A stretch of DNA of 64,000 nt from an uncultured Gemmatimonadales bacterium (GTDB lineage Bacteria > Gemmatimonadota > Gemmatimonadetes > Gemmatimonadales > GWC2-71-9), in contig CAWGSK010000007.1 in the NCBI GenBank assembly GCA_963825055.1, positions 96,001 to 160,000 of the forward strand. Reading direction: 5' to 3'. The position numbers and the translations under genes are program-made. Each line of letters opens with the position of its first letter. The first letter of the stretch is position 1. Below, one piece after another: positions 37,782-50,688 of the stretch. The notes below the pieces were generated by a model. That model saw only the letters and a list, made by a program, of their open reading frames with translations, searched no databases and was not told the origin of the DNA.

Positions 37782-37870
37782 CGGGGGAAATCTACCCGGG
37801 GCCCCCCGGGCGGCCAAGTTGGCGGGGTGAAAGCCTTCCCTTCATGGCCTGCCGCCGCTTGCTTTACGCC

Positions 37871-38242
37871 ATGGCACTCATCCTGGTCGTGGACGACGAA
37901 CCCTCCATGCGGCGAGTCTTGCGCAAAACCCTTGAGATGGGCGGCCTGGAGGTCCTGGAGGCGGGGTCGGCCGGGGAAGCCCTGGACCTGGCGGACCATG
38001 AACCCGGGGTGAGTGCCGTCGTCACGGATGTCCTGATGCCGGACATCAGCGGCGTGGATTTCTATGACCAGCTCATCGCCCGGGCGCCCCACCTGCGCGA
38101 GCGGGTGGTATTCCTGACGGGGGCCGCGCACGACCCGGCGGTCCATACGCCCATCGAACGCCGTGGCGTGCCCCTCATTTCCAAGCTGGACGACCTGCGC
38201 CTGGTGCTGGACGCCGTCCGGCTCGCCCTCCTGCACCGCTGA
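37871..38242 (+). CDS. Single-domain response regulator
   Basis: ILVVDDE, TDVLMP, FLTG, ISK. Confidence 0.85.
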   Translation: MALILVVDDEPSMRRVLRKTLEMGGLEVLEAGSAGEALDLADHEPGVSAVVTDVLMPDISGVDFYDQLIARAPHLRERVVFLTGAAHDPAVHTPIERRGVPLISKLDDLRLVLDAVRLALLHR

Positions 38243-38246
38243 CTCC

Positions 38247-38477
38247 CTACAGCCGGCTGGGCGGCGGCAGGTCGCGCGCCGTCGCCGGATCGCGAAATCC
38301 TACGGTATTGTGCGTGCCGTCGCAGAACGGGCGGTTCTTCGACGCGCCGCAGCGACAGAGCGCGATGCGGGTCCGGCTTCCGAGCCCGTAGGCCTTCCCC
38401 TCGGAGTCCAGGAGCTCAAAGTCGCCCTCAATACGGATGGCGCCGTTGGCATTGACGGTGATCTTGCAGGCGGGCAT
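38247..38477 (-). CDS. CDGSH iron-sulfur domain protein
   Basis: LCRCGASKNRPFCDGTH. Confidence 0.9.
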   Translation of the reverse strand: MPACKITVNANGAIRIEGDFELLDSEGKAYGLGSRTRIALCRCGASKNRPFCDGTHNTVGFRDPATARDLPPPSRL

Positions 38478-38504
38478 GGTGAGCCGGGGTGTGAGAACAG
38501 GAGA

Positions 38505-38585
38505 TGCGGACGGCGGGACTCGAACCCGCACGGGTTTCCCCACGAGCTCCTAAGGCTCGCGTGTCTGCCATTCCACCACGTCCGC
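38505..38585 (-). tRNA. tRNA-Leu (anticodon TAG)
   Basis: GCGGACG/CGTCCGC acceptor stem, D arm GGTGGAATGGCAGACAC, CGAGC-CTTAGGA-GCTCG anticodon arm, long variable arm, GGTTCGAGTCC; CCA not encoded. Confidence 0.95.
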
Positions 38586-38632
38586 CGGCGATCGGGACCA
38601 ATCTACTCCCGTTCGCGGCAGGGCGCAGCAGG

Positions 38633-39679
38633 TCAGTCCCCGTCCCGCCAGTGCTGCCAGGCCGCCACGGCCAGGCCCACGGCGCCCGCGCCGGCGATGA
38701 CAAGGGCCCCGCGGTGCCGGTCGATCCAGGCTTCACTGCTCCGCGGTCGCGCGCGCCCGTCGAACGTGCCGTGCGCACCGTGGTCCCCGGCCACGGGCGA
38801 CCAGAGATTGTCCTGCCGGTCCGGATCCTCCGGCTGGTCGGTCTGCTGGGACTCGTATCCGGTCCTGGCCAGGTATCGGTCGAGCAGCCCGGGCACGACC
38901 CGGTTGCCCCAGATGGTGGCGACGGTCGGCCAGCCCACCTTGAAGTCGCGACGCGGATGACGGGAGGCGAACTCGATGGCCCGCGCGGCCACCTCGGGCT
39001 GGAAGATCGGCGGCACAGGCTGGGCCTGGTTGGGGAGCCGGCTCAGCACCCACCCGAACTGCGGGGTATTGAGGGCGGGCAGGTGGACCATGGTCACCCG
39101 CACGCCGCTCCCGTCATGCAGGAGCTCGCAGCGGAGCGACTCCGTGAAGCCGACAATGGCGTGCTTGGAGCCGCAATAGGCGGACTGCAGGGGGATGCCG
39201 CGGTAGGCAAGCGCTGATCCCACCTGGACGATGACGCCGTCGTCGCGCGGGAGCATCCGGTTGAGCGCGCTCAGGGTTCCATTCACGACACCCAGGTAGG
39301 TCACTTCGGTGACCCGGCGGTACTCCTCCGCCTTCATCATGCGGACCGGCGAGAAGACCGAAGCCATGGCGTTGTTCACCCAGACGTCGATCGGGCCGAG
39401 TTCGACCTCCACTCGTTCCGCCGCGAGCTCGACCGCTTCGGCGTCCGAAATGTCCGTTGAGATGGCCAGGACCTCGCTCCCGGCGTCCCGGATCTCCTTC
39501 GCAGTGCCCGCGAGCCCGTCTTCCCCACGCGCGAGCAGTGCCACCCGGTCGCCCCGGCGCGCGAAGCGCCTCGCCGTTGCCCGTCCCACGCCCGCCGTCG
39601 CGCCCGTGATCACCACGGTCCTCGGCCGTTGTCCGATCATCGGATCACCGCCCGTCCCGTTCCCGTTGCCTTCGCCCAT
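38633..39679 (-). CDS. SDR family oxidoreductase
   Basis: TGATAGVG, VNNA, YCGSK. Confidence 0.9.
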   Translation of the reverse strand: MGEGNGNGTGGDPMIGQRPRTVVITGATAGVGRATARRFARRGDRVALLARGEDGLAGTAKEIRDAGSEVLAISTDISDAEAVELAAERVEVELGPIDVWVNNAMASVFSPVRMMKAEEYRRVTEVTYLGVVNGTLSALNRMLPRDDGVIVQVGSALAYRGIPLQSAYCGSKHAIVGFTESLRCELLHDGSGVRVTMVHLPALNTPQFGWVLSRLPNQAQPVPPIFQPEVAARAIEFASRHPRRDFKVGWPTVATIWGNRVVPGLLDRYLARTGYESQQTDQPEDPDRQDNLWSPVAGDHGAHGTFDGRARPRSSEAWIDRHRGALVIAGAGAVGLAVAAWQHWRDGD

Positions 39680-39772
39680 CTCATCTTCCCTCCTGTGCGG
39701 GTACTCCCTCAATACCGCCCCGGAGGAGCGTGGCCCGCCATGATTGATGTCACAGGAGGGGGAAGAGCCGGA

Positions 39773-40708
39773 TCAGTACCAGCCGGCAGGGTCGACGAGG
39801 CCGGCCGGTTCAGCTCCCGACTCAAGAGCCCCAAGGGCCTCGAGAAAACTCTGCGCCGCGCCGGTGGCAGTGGAGAGGCCACCCACATGCGGGGAGATCA
39901 TGACGTCGGGCCGGCCCCAGAGCGGGGACGAGGGCGGCAACGGCTCGGTCTCGAATACATCGAGCGCGGCTCCCGCGAGGTGGCCACGGTCGAGGGCCTC
40001 GAGGAGGGCCTCCGCGTCTACGAGCGCTCCCCGTCCGACGTTGATGAGAAATGCCCCCCGGCAGGCTCGGAGGGCGTGGCGGTCGAGCAGGTGACGCGAT
40101 GCGGGGGTGAGCGGTACCGCGAGAACGATGACATCCGCCCCGGACAGCGCCTCGACGAGCCGTTCCGTGGGCGTGACGCTCAGAAATGGGGCCGTGGCCT
40201 GGCCGCGACGCGAAACCCCTCGCAGGTGCGCGCCCAGCCCGGCGAATCCCCCCGCGATGGCCTGGCCGATCCGGCCTGTCCCGACCACCAGGACGGTGCG
40301 GCCGAGGAGTCGAACCGGTTCCCGGGGCTTCCAGCGGCGGTCCGCCTGGTTCACGGCGTAGGGCAGGACATGCTGCATCCAGGCGAGGGCCCTCGCCAGG
40401 CAGTATTCCCTGAGGGGCGTGCCGAAGTCTTCGAGTGATCGTGTGAGGATGGTGCCCGCGGGTATCGGCCGGTCGAGGAAGGCATCCACCCCGGCCCCCA
40501 GGGAGTGGATCCACCGGACACTGCCATAGCTGCCCGGCGGAGGCCCGAAGCCCAGATAAGCGTCCGCCTGGTCGAGAGTGTCCGGCGTCAGGGTGGAACG
40601 GTCCCGCGCGCGCACCTCCAGTTCGGGGCGCGCGCGCCGCAGTTCTGCCGCGATTTCCTCCCGCAGGCGGTCCGTGACCAGGATCCGCCGGAACGGAGCG
40701 GGCGGCAT
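39773..40708 (-). CDS. D-2-hydroxyacid dehydrogenase
   Basis: GAGVD, GTGRIG, INVGRG, LDVFETEPL, SPHVGG. Confidence 0.9.
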   Translation of the reverse strand: MPPAPFRRILVTDRLREEIAAELRRARPELEVRARDRSTLTPDTLDQADAYLGFGPPPGSYGSVRWIHSLGAGVDAFLDRPIPAGTILTRSLEDFGTPLREYCLARALAWMQHVLPYAVNQADRRWKPREPVRLLGRTVLVVGTGRIGQAIAGGFAGLGAHLRGVSRRGQATAPFLSVTPTERLVEALSGADVIVLAVPLTPASRHLLDRHALRACRGAFLINVGRGALVDAEALLEALDRGHLAGAALDVFETEPLPPSSPLWGRPDVMISPHVGGLSTATGAAQSFLEALGALESGAEPAGLVDPAGWY

Positions 40709-40723
40709 GCGTCCGCCCGCGGA

Positions 40724-42385
40724 CTACTGGGTGAGCCCGAGGACGTCGACGCCCTGCTCGAAGACCACGTCCACCGGGATGCCCTTCTCGCCGAGCCGGG
40801 CAAGATCAGCCGTGAGCTGGGGTCCCTGCTGCGCTTCCTTGTCCATGAAGGCCACCACGCCTTCGTAGTCGCCCTGGCCCTGCAGTGTCAGGATGCGCTC
40901 GGAGAGGGCGTTCATCGCGTCCTGCATCTTCCCGAAGTCCACGCGGTACTTGCTGGTGGTGCTGTCGCGGGTGAAGGCGCCGCGGTCACGGAAGAAGTTG
41001 AAGCGCGCGAGGTTGGCCCGTCCGTGCGAGTCACCCGCGCCGAATCGGATGGAGCGGAAGATGCTTGCCAGGAACGTGACGTAGTTGTCCTGGAGCTGCT
41101 GGTCGGTGAATTCCCCATCCCTGGCGAGCGCCGTGATCATGTAGAGCCCGAGGACGTCGGCCTTGCCCTCCTCCATCGTGCCGGCCTGCTCCTTGAGTGC
41201 CGTGCGGACAGTGCCCCGGTTGTTGATGGTGTTCTTGATCCCGAGCCCGTGGGCCACCTCGTGGAACATGGTGTTCGCGAAGAACGCGTCGAAGGTGACG
41301 TGGCTCCGCTGGTCCTCCGCAATCAGCTCGTCCGCGATGGGCACGAGTATCCGGTCGAACTTGGCCCGCATGGCGTTCTTCAGCTGAAGCCGGCGGGTGC
41401 CCTTCTGGAGCTGGACGGTTTCGTCGTTCGGCAGGTTGATGGCGATCGTCTTGGCACCGGCGTTGGCCTGCCCGGCGTAGTAGACCGCATCATAGGCGTT
41501 GAGGTCGGCATCGCTGCCCGGGGTTTCCCGCTTGTACTCCGCGGGCACCGGGAGCCCGCGCTGCAGGGCGGGCAGCAGCGAGGCATACCGGGCCAGGCGA
41601 CGGCTCCAGGCCTGGTCCTTGATCAGGACGTAGCCCTCATGGGCCGCCTTGTACCCGAAGAGGTTGTCCTCGTATGTCTCGATCGGGCCGATCACCACGT
41701 CGATGGTGTTGTCCTTCATGTCCATCCATGCGAGGTCGCTGGCGCGGTAGTCGTCGGTTTCCAGGGCGTTGGCCCGGAGCTCGAGATAGCGCCGCAGGCG
41801 GGCATTGTCCGCCAGCTTCGCCGCCTCCCGGAGTTTCGCGGCCGCCTCCGCCGTGCGCTCGGCGTACGCCTGATGATAGGGAATGGCGGTGAGCCGGCCG
41901 GTGGAATCCCGGCGAACCAGGGTGTAGAGGCTCCGGAGCGCGGCGGAGTCGGCCCCGGTGGCGGCAGAGTCGAACTCCGCCTTGCTCATGTCTGCCGGAT
42001 AGAAGTTCGCACCCTCGGGCTTCGGACCAACGCCGGGGACAAAGGGTGCGTCATTCCGGAGCCGGTCCCAGGGGCCGTAATTGATCCGGACGAACTGCTG
42101 CATGTCGGGGTCGGTCACCGCCGCGAGGAGGCTGTCGCGGTTGCCGTAGGCCTGGTGCCAGTACACGTCATCCATCGCCTTTACGGCATCGATCAGCACC
42201 GGGAGCAGCGCCCGCTGCGGGCCGGTGAGGGAATCGACGTCCGCGGTGAGGCGAACGGTGGTGTAGCGGGCCAGCTCGCTCTGCATGTCAGGTGAGGATG
42301 ACTCGGGTGATTCGCCGGTCCCGCCGCACCCGGCGGCCGCCAGGGCCAGCAGGCAGAGGGCGGCCGACGTCAGGGTCTGGCGCAT
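40724..42385 (-). CDS. Dipeptidyl-peptidase III-like (M49) Zn peptidase lipoprotein
   Basis: AAGC lipobox; GPIETYED, AINLPND, HEVAH, EEGKAD. Confidence 0.82.
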   Translation of the reverse strand: MRQTLTSAALCLLALAAAGCGGTGESPESSSPDMQSELARYTTVRLTADVDSLTGPQRALLPVLIDAVKAMDDVYWHQAYGNRDSLLAAVTDPDMQQFVRINYGPWDRLRNDAPFVPGVGPKPEGANFYPADMSKAEFDSAATGADSAALRSLYTLVRRDSTGRLTAIPYHQAYAERTAEAAAKLREAAKLADNARLRRYLELRANALETDDYRASDLAWMDMKDNTIDVVIGPIETYEDNLFGYKAAHEGYVLIKDQAWSRRLARYASLLPALQRGLPVPAEYKRETPGSDADLNAYDAVYYAGQANAGAKTIAINLPNDETVQLQKGTRRLQLKNAMRAKFDRILVPIADELIAEDQRSHVTFDAFFANTMFHEVAHGLGIKNTINNRGTVRTALKEQAGTMEEGKADVLGLYMITALARDGEFTDQQLQDNYVTFLASIFRSIRFGAGDSHGRANLARFNFFRDRGAFTRDSTTSKYRVDFGKMQDAMNALSERILTLQGQGDYEGVVAFMDKEAQQGPQLTADLARLGEKGIPVDVVFEQGVDVLGLTQ

Positions 42386-42429
42386 GGTGTCTCCCGTAGT
42401 ACGGTATGCCGGGGCGGGCCGGCGGCAGG

Positions 42430-42693
42430 TCACTTCTGGGGCGGCCCCGGAGGGTCGTCGCCTTCGAACGCGTCACGGTTCTTCGCGATGTACCCGGTCC
42501 ACTCTGCCGGCACGGTATCGTCCGGGAAGATGGCGGTCACCGGGCACTCCGGCTCGCACGCGCCGCAGTCAATGCACTCATCCGGATGTATGTAGAGCTG
42601 GTCCTCACCTTCATAGATGCAGTCTACCGGACAGACATCCACGCAGGAGCGGTCCTTGACGCCGATGCACGGCTCGGTAATCACGTACGTCAT
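42430..42693 (-). CDS. 7Fe-type ferredoxin
   Basis: [32 protein letters not shown]. Confidence 0.92.
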   Translation of the reverse strand: MTYVITEPCIGVKDRSCVDVCPVDCIYEGEDQLYIHPDECIDCGACEPECPVTAIFPDDTVPAEWTGYIAKNRDAFEGDDPPGPPQK

Positions 42694-42784
42694 GCCCATC
42701 CTCCACGGTGTGCTGGTGCTCCACCCTGTCGAGTGGCGGGGATTCCTATCATAGAACCATCCGGCGGGTGAGGCCAGAGGCCGC

Positions 42785-44011
42785 TCACGCGCCTGCGCGC
42801 CAGGTCACCCGCCCGCGGCAGACAGTAAGCACGCAGGCGTTCGGTTGGAAGTGGTAGAGCCAGTGATTCACGTCGGGAGCATCGATGACCGCGAAGTCGG
42901 CTGACTTGCCCGCTTCCAGGGAACCCACCCGGTCCGCCAGCCCGGTGGCGCGCGCGCCGGCCATCGTCCCCCCGAGCAGGGCCTCCGCCGGGGTCATGCC
43001 CTGGAGCGTGCAGGCCAGCATGAGCGCCAGGGGGAGATGGTACGTCGGGGCGGAGCCCGGGTTGAAGTCACTCGCCACCGCGACCGGGACACCGGCCTCG
43101 AGCCAGCGCCTCGCGGGGAGGGGTGCCTGGTTCAGGTACAGGGCCGCGAGGGGAAGGCTCACCGCCGTGACCCCGGCTCCGGCCATGGCCCGGATGCCCG
43201 AATCTGTCGTGTGCTCCAGATGGTCAGCCGATGTCGCGCCGACCTCGGCTGCGAGCGCGGCTCCCCCGCCGTCAGTCAGCTGGTCGGCGTGGAGCTTGGG
43301 GGCCAGCCCCGCCGCGCGTCCGGCTTCCAGGATCCGGCGCGCCTCGTCGATCGTGAAAGCTGAGTCCTCCACGAAGACGTCGCAGAAGCGGGCCAGGTTC
43401 TCGCGGCCGACGCGGGGGATCATTTCGCCGATGAGGAGTTCGACGTAATCGTCACGGCGCTCCCGGTACTCCGGCGGAACCACGTGCGCGCCGAGAAAGG
43501 TGGGGACGAGCCGCGACGGGGCATCCGGCGCGATGTCGCGGTACACCCCGAGCAGCCGGAGCTCTTCATCCGGGCTCAGGCCGTAGCCCGACTTGCACTC
43601 GACCGTCGTCACGCCAAGCGCGGCCATCCCGCCGAGGAAGGCAAGGCAGCGGGACGCGAGACTGTCCGAGGAAGCGGCGCGCGTGGCGGCGACCGTCGAG
43701 GCGATGCCGCCCCCGGCCTGCGCGATCTCGAGGTAGGTGGCGCCGCCGGCGCGGAGCGCGAATTCGTCGGCGCGCCAGCCGCCGAAGGCCAGGTGCGTGT
43801 GACTGTCCACCAGCCCTGGGATCACCAGGCGGCCGCCGGCATCCCACGTATCCTGCTCGCGGAGCGCGTCGGGCAGGTCGGCTTCCGGTCCGGCCCAGGT
43901 CAGGATGTCACCCTCCCACGCCAGGGCGCCAGCGGGAACCGCCCTGACATCCCCCCGGGTTCCCCCGGGCCTGCAGGTGGCCAGGGAGCCGATCCCCCTC
44001 AGGAGAGGCAC
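42785..44011 (-). CDS. hutI: Imidazolonepropionase
   Basis: [34 protein letters not shown] start just after hutU stop. Confidence 0.93.
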   Translation of the reverse strand: MPLLRGIGSLATCRPGGTRGDVRAVPAGALAWEGDILTWAGPEADLPDALREQDTWDAGGRLVIPGLVDSHTHLAFGGWRADEFALRAGGATYLEIAQAGGGIASTVAATRAASSDSLASRCLAFLGGMAALGVTTVECKSGYGLSPDEELRLLGVYRDIAPDAPSRLVPTFLGAHVVPPEYRERRDDYVELLIGEMIPRVGRENLARFCDVFVEDSAFTIDEARRILEAGRAAGLAPKLHADQLTDGGGAALAAEVGATSADHLEHTTDSGIRAMAGAGVTAVSLPLAALYLNQAPLPARRWLEAGVPVAVASDFNPGSAPTYHLPLALMLACTLQGMTPAEALLGGTMAGARATGLADRVGSLEAGKSADFAVIDAPDVNHWLYHFQPNACVLTVCRGRVTWRAGA

Positions 44012-44012
44012 G

Positions 44013-45701
44013 TCAGTCCCGTTCGGGGGCGGTATCCAGCATGGGCAGGTCGATCCCGCGTTCGCGTGCGGTCTCGATGGCCAGGTCGTAGCCGGCATCG
44101 GCATGGCGCATGACGCCGGTCCCGGGGTCAGCGGTGAGCACCCGCTCGAGGCGGGCATCGCCGGACGCGGTTCCATCGGCCACCACGACCATGCCCGCGT
44201 GGATCGAATAGCCGATGCCCACCCCGCCGCCGTGGTGCAGCGACACCCAGCTCGCACCGCACGCCGTGTTCAGCATGGCGTTGAGGAGCGGCCAGTCGGC
44301 GATGGCATCGGAGCCGTCCTTCATCGCTTCGGTTTCGCGGTTCGGGGAGGCCACCGATCCGCTGTCCAGGTGGTCCCGCCCGATGACGATCGGCGCCTGC
44401 ACCTTGCCCTTCTTCACCAGCCAGTTGAACCGCAGCCCCATTTCGGCGCGCTCGCCGTACTCCAGCCAGCAGATCCGGGCGGGGAGGCCCTGGAAGTGCA
44501 CTTTTTCCTGCGCCTGGCGGATCCAGCGCGCCAGGGCATCCTTTTCGGGGAAGGTCTCCAGCACGGCTTCATCGGTCGCGCGGATGTCGGCCGGATCGCC
44601 GGAGAGCGCCGCCCAGCGGAACGGGCCCGCCCCGCGGCAGAAGAGCGGGCGGATGTAGGCGGGCACGAAGCCCGGAATGTCGAACGCCTCCCGCATGTCC
44701 CGATGGTCGGCCACCTGGCCCCGGAGGTTGTTCCCGTAATCGAAGACGACCGATCCCTTCCGCTTGAGGTCCAGCATGGCGCCGACATGCTCGACCATCG
44801 AGTCGAGCACGGCTGACTCGTACCCTTCCGGGTCCGCCGCACGCTCGCGGGCCGCGTCCTCCAGGGAAAATCCGCGCGGGATGTAGCCGACCCGGAGGTC
44901 GTGGGCGGAGGTCTGGTCGGTGACCACGTCGGGCGCGACGCCGCGGCGCACCAGCTCGGGCAGCACGTCCGCGATGTTGGCGACCAGGCCCACGGACAGC
45001 GGTTGCTCGCGGTCGCGGGCCTCCTCCACCAGCCGGAGTGCCTCGTCGAGGTCGGTGCTGATCCGGTCGCAGTAGCCGGTGTCCACCCGGCGCTGGATGC
45101 GCGAGGCGTCCACGTCCACGCCAAGGAGCGCGCCGCCGTTCATGGTGGCGGCCAGGGGCTGGGCGCCGCCCATCCCCCCGAGGCCGCCCGTCACCACGAG
45201 CCGGCCGGACAGGGTGCCGCCGAAATGCTGGCGCGCCAGCTCCGCGAAGGTTTCGTAGGTACCCTGCAGGATGCCCTGCGTGCCGATGTAGATCCAGCTC
45301 CCCGCGGTCATCTGCCCATACATCGTGAGGCCGAGGGCGTCGAGGCGGCGGAACTCGTCCCAGGTGGCCCAGCGGGGGACCAGGTGCGCGTTCGCGATGA
45401 GCACGCGCGGGGCCTGGTCGTGCGTGCGGAAGACACCGACCGGCTTCCCGCTCTGCACCAGCAGCGTCTCGTCGTCCCGCAGGCGCCTGAGCGTGGACAC
45501 GATCCGATCGTAGCTTGCCCAGTCGCGCGCGGCCTTGCCGCCCCCGCCGTAGACGATCAGTTCCTCCGGCCGCTCGGCGACGGCCGGATCGAGGTTGTTC
45601 ATCAGCATCCGCATCGCGGCTTCCTGGTGCCAGCCTCGGCAGGAGAGCGTGGAGCCGCGGGGGGCGGTGATGACGCCGGGGGAAGAGAGGGTGCTGCTCA
45701 T
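44013..45701 (-). CDS. hutU: Urocanate hydratase
   Basis: [36 protein letters not shown]. Confidence 0.97.
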   Translation of the reverse strand: MSSTLSSPGVITAPRGSTLSCRGWHQEAAMRMLMNNLDPAVAERPEELIVYGGGGKAARDWASYDRIVSTLRRLRDDETLLVQSGKPVGVFRTHDQAPRVLIANAHLVPRWATWDEFRRLDALGLTMYGQMTAGSWIYIGTQGILQGTYETFAELARQHFGGTLSGRLVVTGGLGGMGGAQPLAATMNGGALLGVDVDASRIQRRVDTGYCDRISTDLDEALRLVEEARDREQPLSVGLVANIADVLPELVRRGVAPDVVTDQTSAHDLRVGYIPRGFSLEDAARERAADPEGYESAVLDSMVEHVGAMLDLKRKGSVVFDYGNNLRGQVADHRDMREAFDIPGFVPAYIRPLFCRGAGPFRWAALSGDPADIRATDEAVLETFPEKDALARWIRQAQEKVHFQGLPARICWLEYGERAEMGLRFNWLVKKGKVQAPIVIGRDHLDSGSVASPNRETEAMKDGSDAIADWPLLNAMLNTACGASWVSLHHGGGVGIGYSIHAGMVVVADGTASGDARLERVLTADPGTGVMRHADAGYDLAIETARERGIDLPMLDTAPERD

Positions 45702-45779
45702 GAAGCCATGCTCCGCGAGGGGTGACGGATCATCTGCCGCAAGATAGTGCCGCCCGCCGGGCCGCGGCGACGGGATGGT

Positions 45780-46754
45780 TCAGCGCGAGGCCACCAGCAG
45801 GCCGATATATCCGGCATACGCCGCCAGCAGCAGCGCGCCTTCCGGCCGGGTGATCTTGCGGCCGGTGTACATGATCGGCGCGATGAGTACGGTGAAGCCC
45901 AGCATCCACCAGACATCGCCATGCAGGAACCCGGTCGTCACCGGCACGGGCCGGACCAGCGCGGTGGCCCCCAGGATGCCGAGCAGGTTGAAGATGTTGG
46001 AGCCCATGGCATTGGCGAGCGCGATGTCCAGCTGGTTCCGCCGGGCTGCCATCAGCGAGGCGGCGAGCTCGGGCAGGCTGGTTCCGACCGCGAGTACCGT
46101 CAGGCCGATGACCCGCTCGCTGATGCCGGCCAGCCGGGCCAGCTCGATGCCGCCTTCCACCATGAGGTGCCCGCCCAGGGCCAGCATCGCCGCGCCGCCC
46201 GCGATGAGGACCGTGATCGCGGCGCCCGGTGACACTCGCACGAACGGTGGCGCACCTCCGGCGGCTTCCTCGAACTCCTGGGCTGAGTCCGGCGTCATGC
46301 CGCGGCCGGCCCGCCGGATGATGAATCCGTGAAACGCCACCAGCGCGGCCATGAAGAGAAAGCCGTCTCCGCGTCCGATATTGCCATCCCATGCCACGCC
46401 GATCATGAGCAGGGTGGCGGCCAGCATCACGGGCCACTCGAAGAGGACCGCCGAACGGTGGACCGGCAGGGGCACGAGCAGGGCCGCCAGCCCGACCATC
46501 GCCCCGAGGTTGAAGATGTTGGAACCGATGACGTTGCCGACCGCAGCGTCGGGGCTGCCGTGCAGTGCCGCCGACAGGCTGACGGCAAGTTCCGGCAGGG
46601 AAGTGGCAAGCGCCACGATCGTAAGGCCGATGACCGCGCCGGGGACGTGCGCGATCCGCGCGAGCCAGACCGCTCCGCGTACCAGCAGCTCGCCACCCGC
46701 GACCAGGATGAGCATGCCGCTCACGAGGAGCAGCAGCGCGACGGTGGGGCTCAC
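45780..46754 (-). CDS. Ca2+/Na+ antiporter (YrbG-like)
   Basis: Two alpha repeats (A/G)TSLPE...GSNIFN. Confidence 0.92.
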   Translation of the reverse strand: MSPTVALLLLVSGMLILVAGGELLVRGAVWLARIAHVPGAVIGLTIVALATSLPELAVSLSAALHGSPDAAVGNVIGSNIFNLGAMVGLAALLVPLPVHRSAVLFEWPVMLAATLLMIGVAWDGNIGRGDGFLFMAALVAFHGFIIRRAGRGMTPDSAQEFEEAAGGAPPFVRVSPGAAITVLIAGGAAMLALGGHLMVEGGIELARLAGISERVIGLTVLAVGTSLPELAASLMAARRNQLDIALANAMGSNIFNLLGILGATALVRPVPVTTGFLHGDVWWMLGFTVLIAPIMYTGRKITRPEGALLLAAYAGYIGLLVASR

Positions 46755-46887
46755 GAGGGGATGCAGGCCGATCGAAGCATGCTGGAAGAAACCCGGCGGA
46801 GGGATTTCCGGAAAGGGCGGGGGGAAACGGAAACGGCGCCCGCCGAAACGGACGCCGCACCCATTGCCTTCTGCCCACTGCCAGGGC

Positions 46888-48447
46888 CTACTGACTGGCG
46901 AGTCTCACCCTGCGGACGAAGAACTGTTTCGCTACGGGGTTGTACACCCGGAGCGTCACGATATTCCCCGGGCCGGGATGTTCGAGCGCCTTCCGAAGGT
47001 CCGCTTCGGTCCGCATGGCCTGGCCTTCCACGGACACGATGATGTCCGGGCCGCCCCGATCATCGGCTCCCTGCAGTTCATTCTCCGCGGGGCCGCCGGT
47101 GGTCACGGTCGTAACCACGAGACCGTTCCGCACCTCCGACGGCAGGCCGTAGGTCTCCCGCAGTTGCGCCGTCAGCGGAGCCACCGCGATGCCGAGCTGG
47201 GTCGCCGCCACGCCGCTGACCGCCTCGTCCGGCGCGGCGGAATCGTCATTCCGCGCCAGCTCGGGCGCCTCGTCCTGGGCCGCCGCCTCGAGCTTGACGG
47301 TCAGGGTCTTCCGTTCACCGCCGCGCCGGGCCACTTCCACCTCCACCTTCTCGCCGGGCCGACGGAAGGCGATGCGCTGCTGGAGCTGCGCCACATAGTC
47401 CACCGGCGAGCCATCCACCGCGATGATCACGTCGCCGGCCTGCAGGCCGGCCTTCTCGGCCGGGCTGCCCGGCTGGAAGCCCTCGACCGTTACCCCGCGA
47501 ATCTCCTTGAGCCCGACGTACTCGGCATCCTTGCCGTTGGCCGTCTGCACCGTGATGCCGAGCTGCGCCCGGTCCACGTGGCCAGTCGCGATGAGCTGGG
47601 TCATGACCTTCCGCGCGAGGTCGATCGGGACGGCAAACCCGTAGCCGCTGTACAGGCCGGTCTCGCTCACGATGGCGGTGTTGATGCCGATGGCCTCGCC
47701 GTGCACGTTCACCAGCGGCCCGCCGGAGTTGCCCGGATTGATGGCGGCATCGGTCTGGATGAAGTCCTGGATGTCGGACTGCCGGGCGCCGAGGGCGCGG
47801 CCCTTGGCGCTCACGATGCCCGAGGTCACCGTGAAGTCGAGCCCGGCGCCGAGCGGGTTGCCGATCGCCAGGACCCACTCCCCGATCCGGGTCTGGTCAC
47901 TGTGGCCGAGTGGAATCGGCGTGAGGTTCCGGGCATCGATCTTGAGCACGGCCACATCGGTGGAGGGGTCGGTTCCGATGACCCGGGCGTCAAATTCCCG
48001 GCGGTCGAGCAGCCGCACCGACACCGTGCTGGCACCCTCGACCACGTGGTTGTTTGTCAGGATGTATCCGTCAGCGCTCACGATGAACCCTGACCCGGTG
48101 CCGTGCTGGATTTCCGGGCGCCCGCGCTGGTTCCGCGGGAAGAACCGCTCCATGCCAGGCGGGATCAGCTGGCTCTGGGGAGCCTCCCGCTCGGTCGAGA
48201 CGTACACGACACTCGGCCGGACCTGCTCGGACACCGTCGCGTAGGCCTCGCTCAGGCTGGCGAGGGCCGTCGTGGCTGGTGTATTCCGGGCCTGGACCGT
48301 CGTAATGGCGGCGGGCGTGGCCTGGCCGCCCTGCTGCGCGGCTCCGGGCATCGGGAAGTTGAGAACCCCGGCAAACAGGAGCCCGAGCGCGAAGGCCAGG
48401 CCGACGAGTCCGCCGAACTTGATCCAGTTTTGTGTACGTGTCGACAT
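46888..48447 (-). CDS. degP: Do/DegP (HtrA) serine protease with two PDZ domains
   Basis: GSGFI, TNNHV, TDVA, AINPGNSGG. Confidence 0.9.
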   Translation of the reverse strand: MSTRTQNWIKFGGLVGLAFALGLLFAGVLNFPMPGAAQQGGQATPAAITTVQARNTPATTALASLSEAYATVSEQVRPSVVYVSTEREAPQSQLIPPGMERFFPRNQRGRPEIQHGTGSGFIVSADGYILTNNHVVEGASTVSVRLLDRREFDARVIGTDPSTDVAVLKIDARNLTPIPLGHSDQTRIGEWVLAIGNPLGAGLDFTVTSGIVSAKGRALGARQSDIQDFIQTDAAINPGNSGGPLVNVHGEAIGINTAIVSETGLYSGYGFAVPIDLARKVMTQLIATGHVDRAQLGITVQTANGKDAEYVGLKEIRGVTVEGFQPGSPAEKAGLQAGDVIIAVDGSPVDYVAQLQQRIAFRRPGEKVEVEVARRGGERKTLTVKLEAAAQDEAPELARNDDSAAPDEAVSGVAATQLGIAVAPLTAQLRETYGLPSEVRNGLVVTTVTTGGPAENELQGADDRGGPDIIVSVEGQAMRTEADLRKALEHPGPGNIVTLRVYNPVAKQFFVRRVRLASQ

Positions 48448-48535
48448 GCTGAGTCCTTCGGTTCCTTATGGATTGACCGGCCCCTGGCCGGGTTCGCCCG
48501 ACCCCACCGGGGGCGGCGAAAGTGCCTTCTAATAA

Positions 48536-48563
48536 TAACTGAGATGCGTCACCGCAGGTTTCA
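48536..48563 (-). promoter_or_regulatory. Possible ECF-sigma promoter of degP
   Basis: TGAAAC-N18-GTTA on minus strand. Confidence 0.3.
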
Positions 48564-48583
48564 GTCGCACCCGCCCTGACGCG

Positions 48584-48629
48584 CCCGGCGCCGGGCGGCC
48601 ACCCCGGAGGGAGGCCATCCGGCGCCGGG
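48584..48629 (-). terminator. Strong hairpin after dnaK
   Basis: cccggcgccgggcggcc / ggccatccggcgccggg inverted repeat. Confidence 0.55.
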
Positions 48630-48647
48630 ACACGACCGGGGGACGGA

Positions 48648-50576
<1,929 letters not shown>

Positions 50577-50650
50577 GCCCTCTCCTGGTTGCGCGTGAAA
50601 TGTCGTGCTGGTCGACCGGTGCTTCCCGTCGACCTGTCCACCCATGATCG

Positions 50651-50688
50651 AGCAATCCCCATACCCCGAAAAGCTGTCATTCTGGCAG
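50651..50688 (-). promoter_or_regulatory. Sigma54-like -24/-12 promoter plus palindrome upstream of dnaK
   Basis: GG-TATGGGGATT-GCT (GG-N10-GC); CTGCCA-GAA-TGACAG at 50674-88. Confidence 0.45.

Noticed and set aside
38247..38633. Genomic island at tRNA-Leu
   Set aside because: No integrase, duplicated tRNA 3' end or evident composition shift
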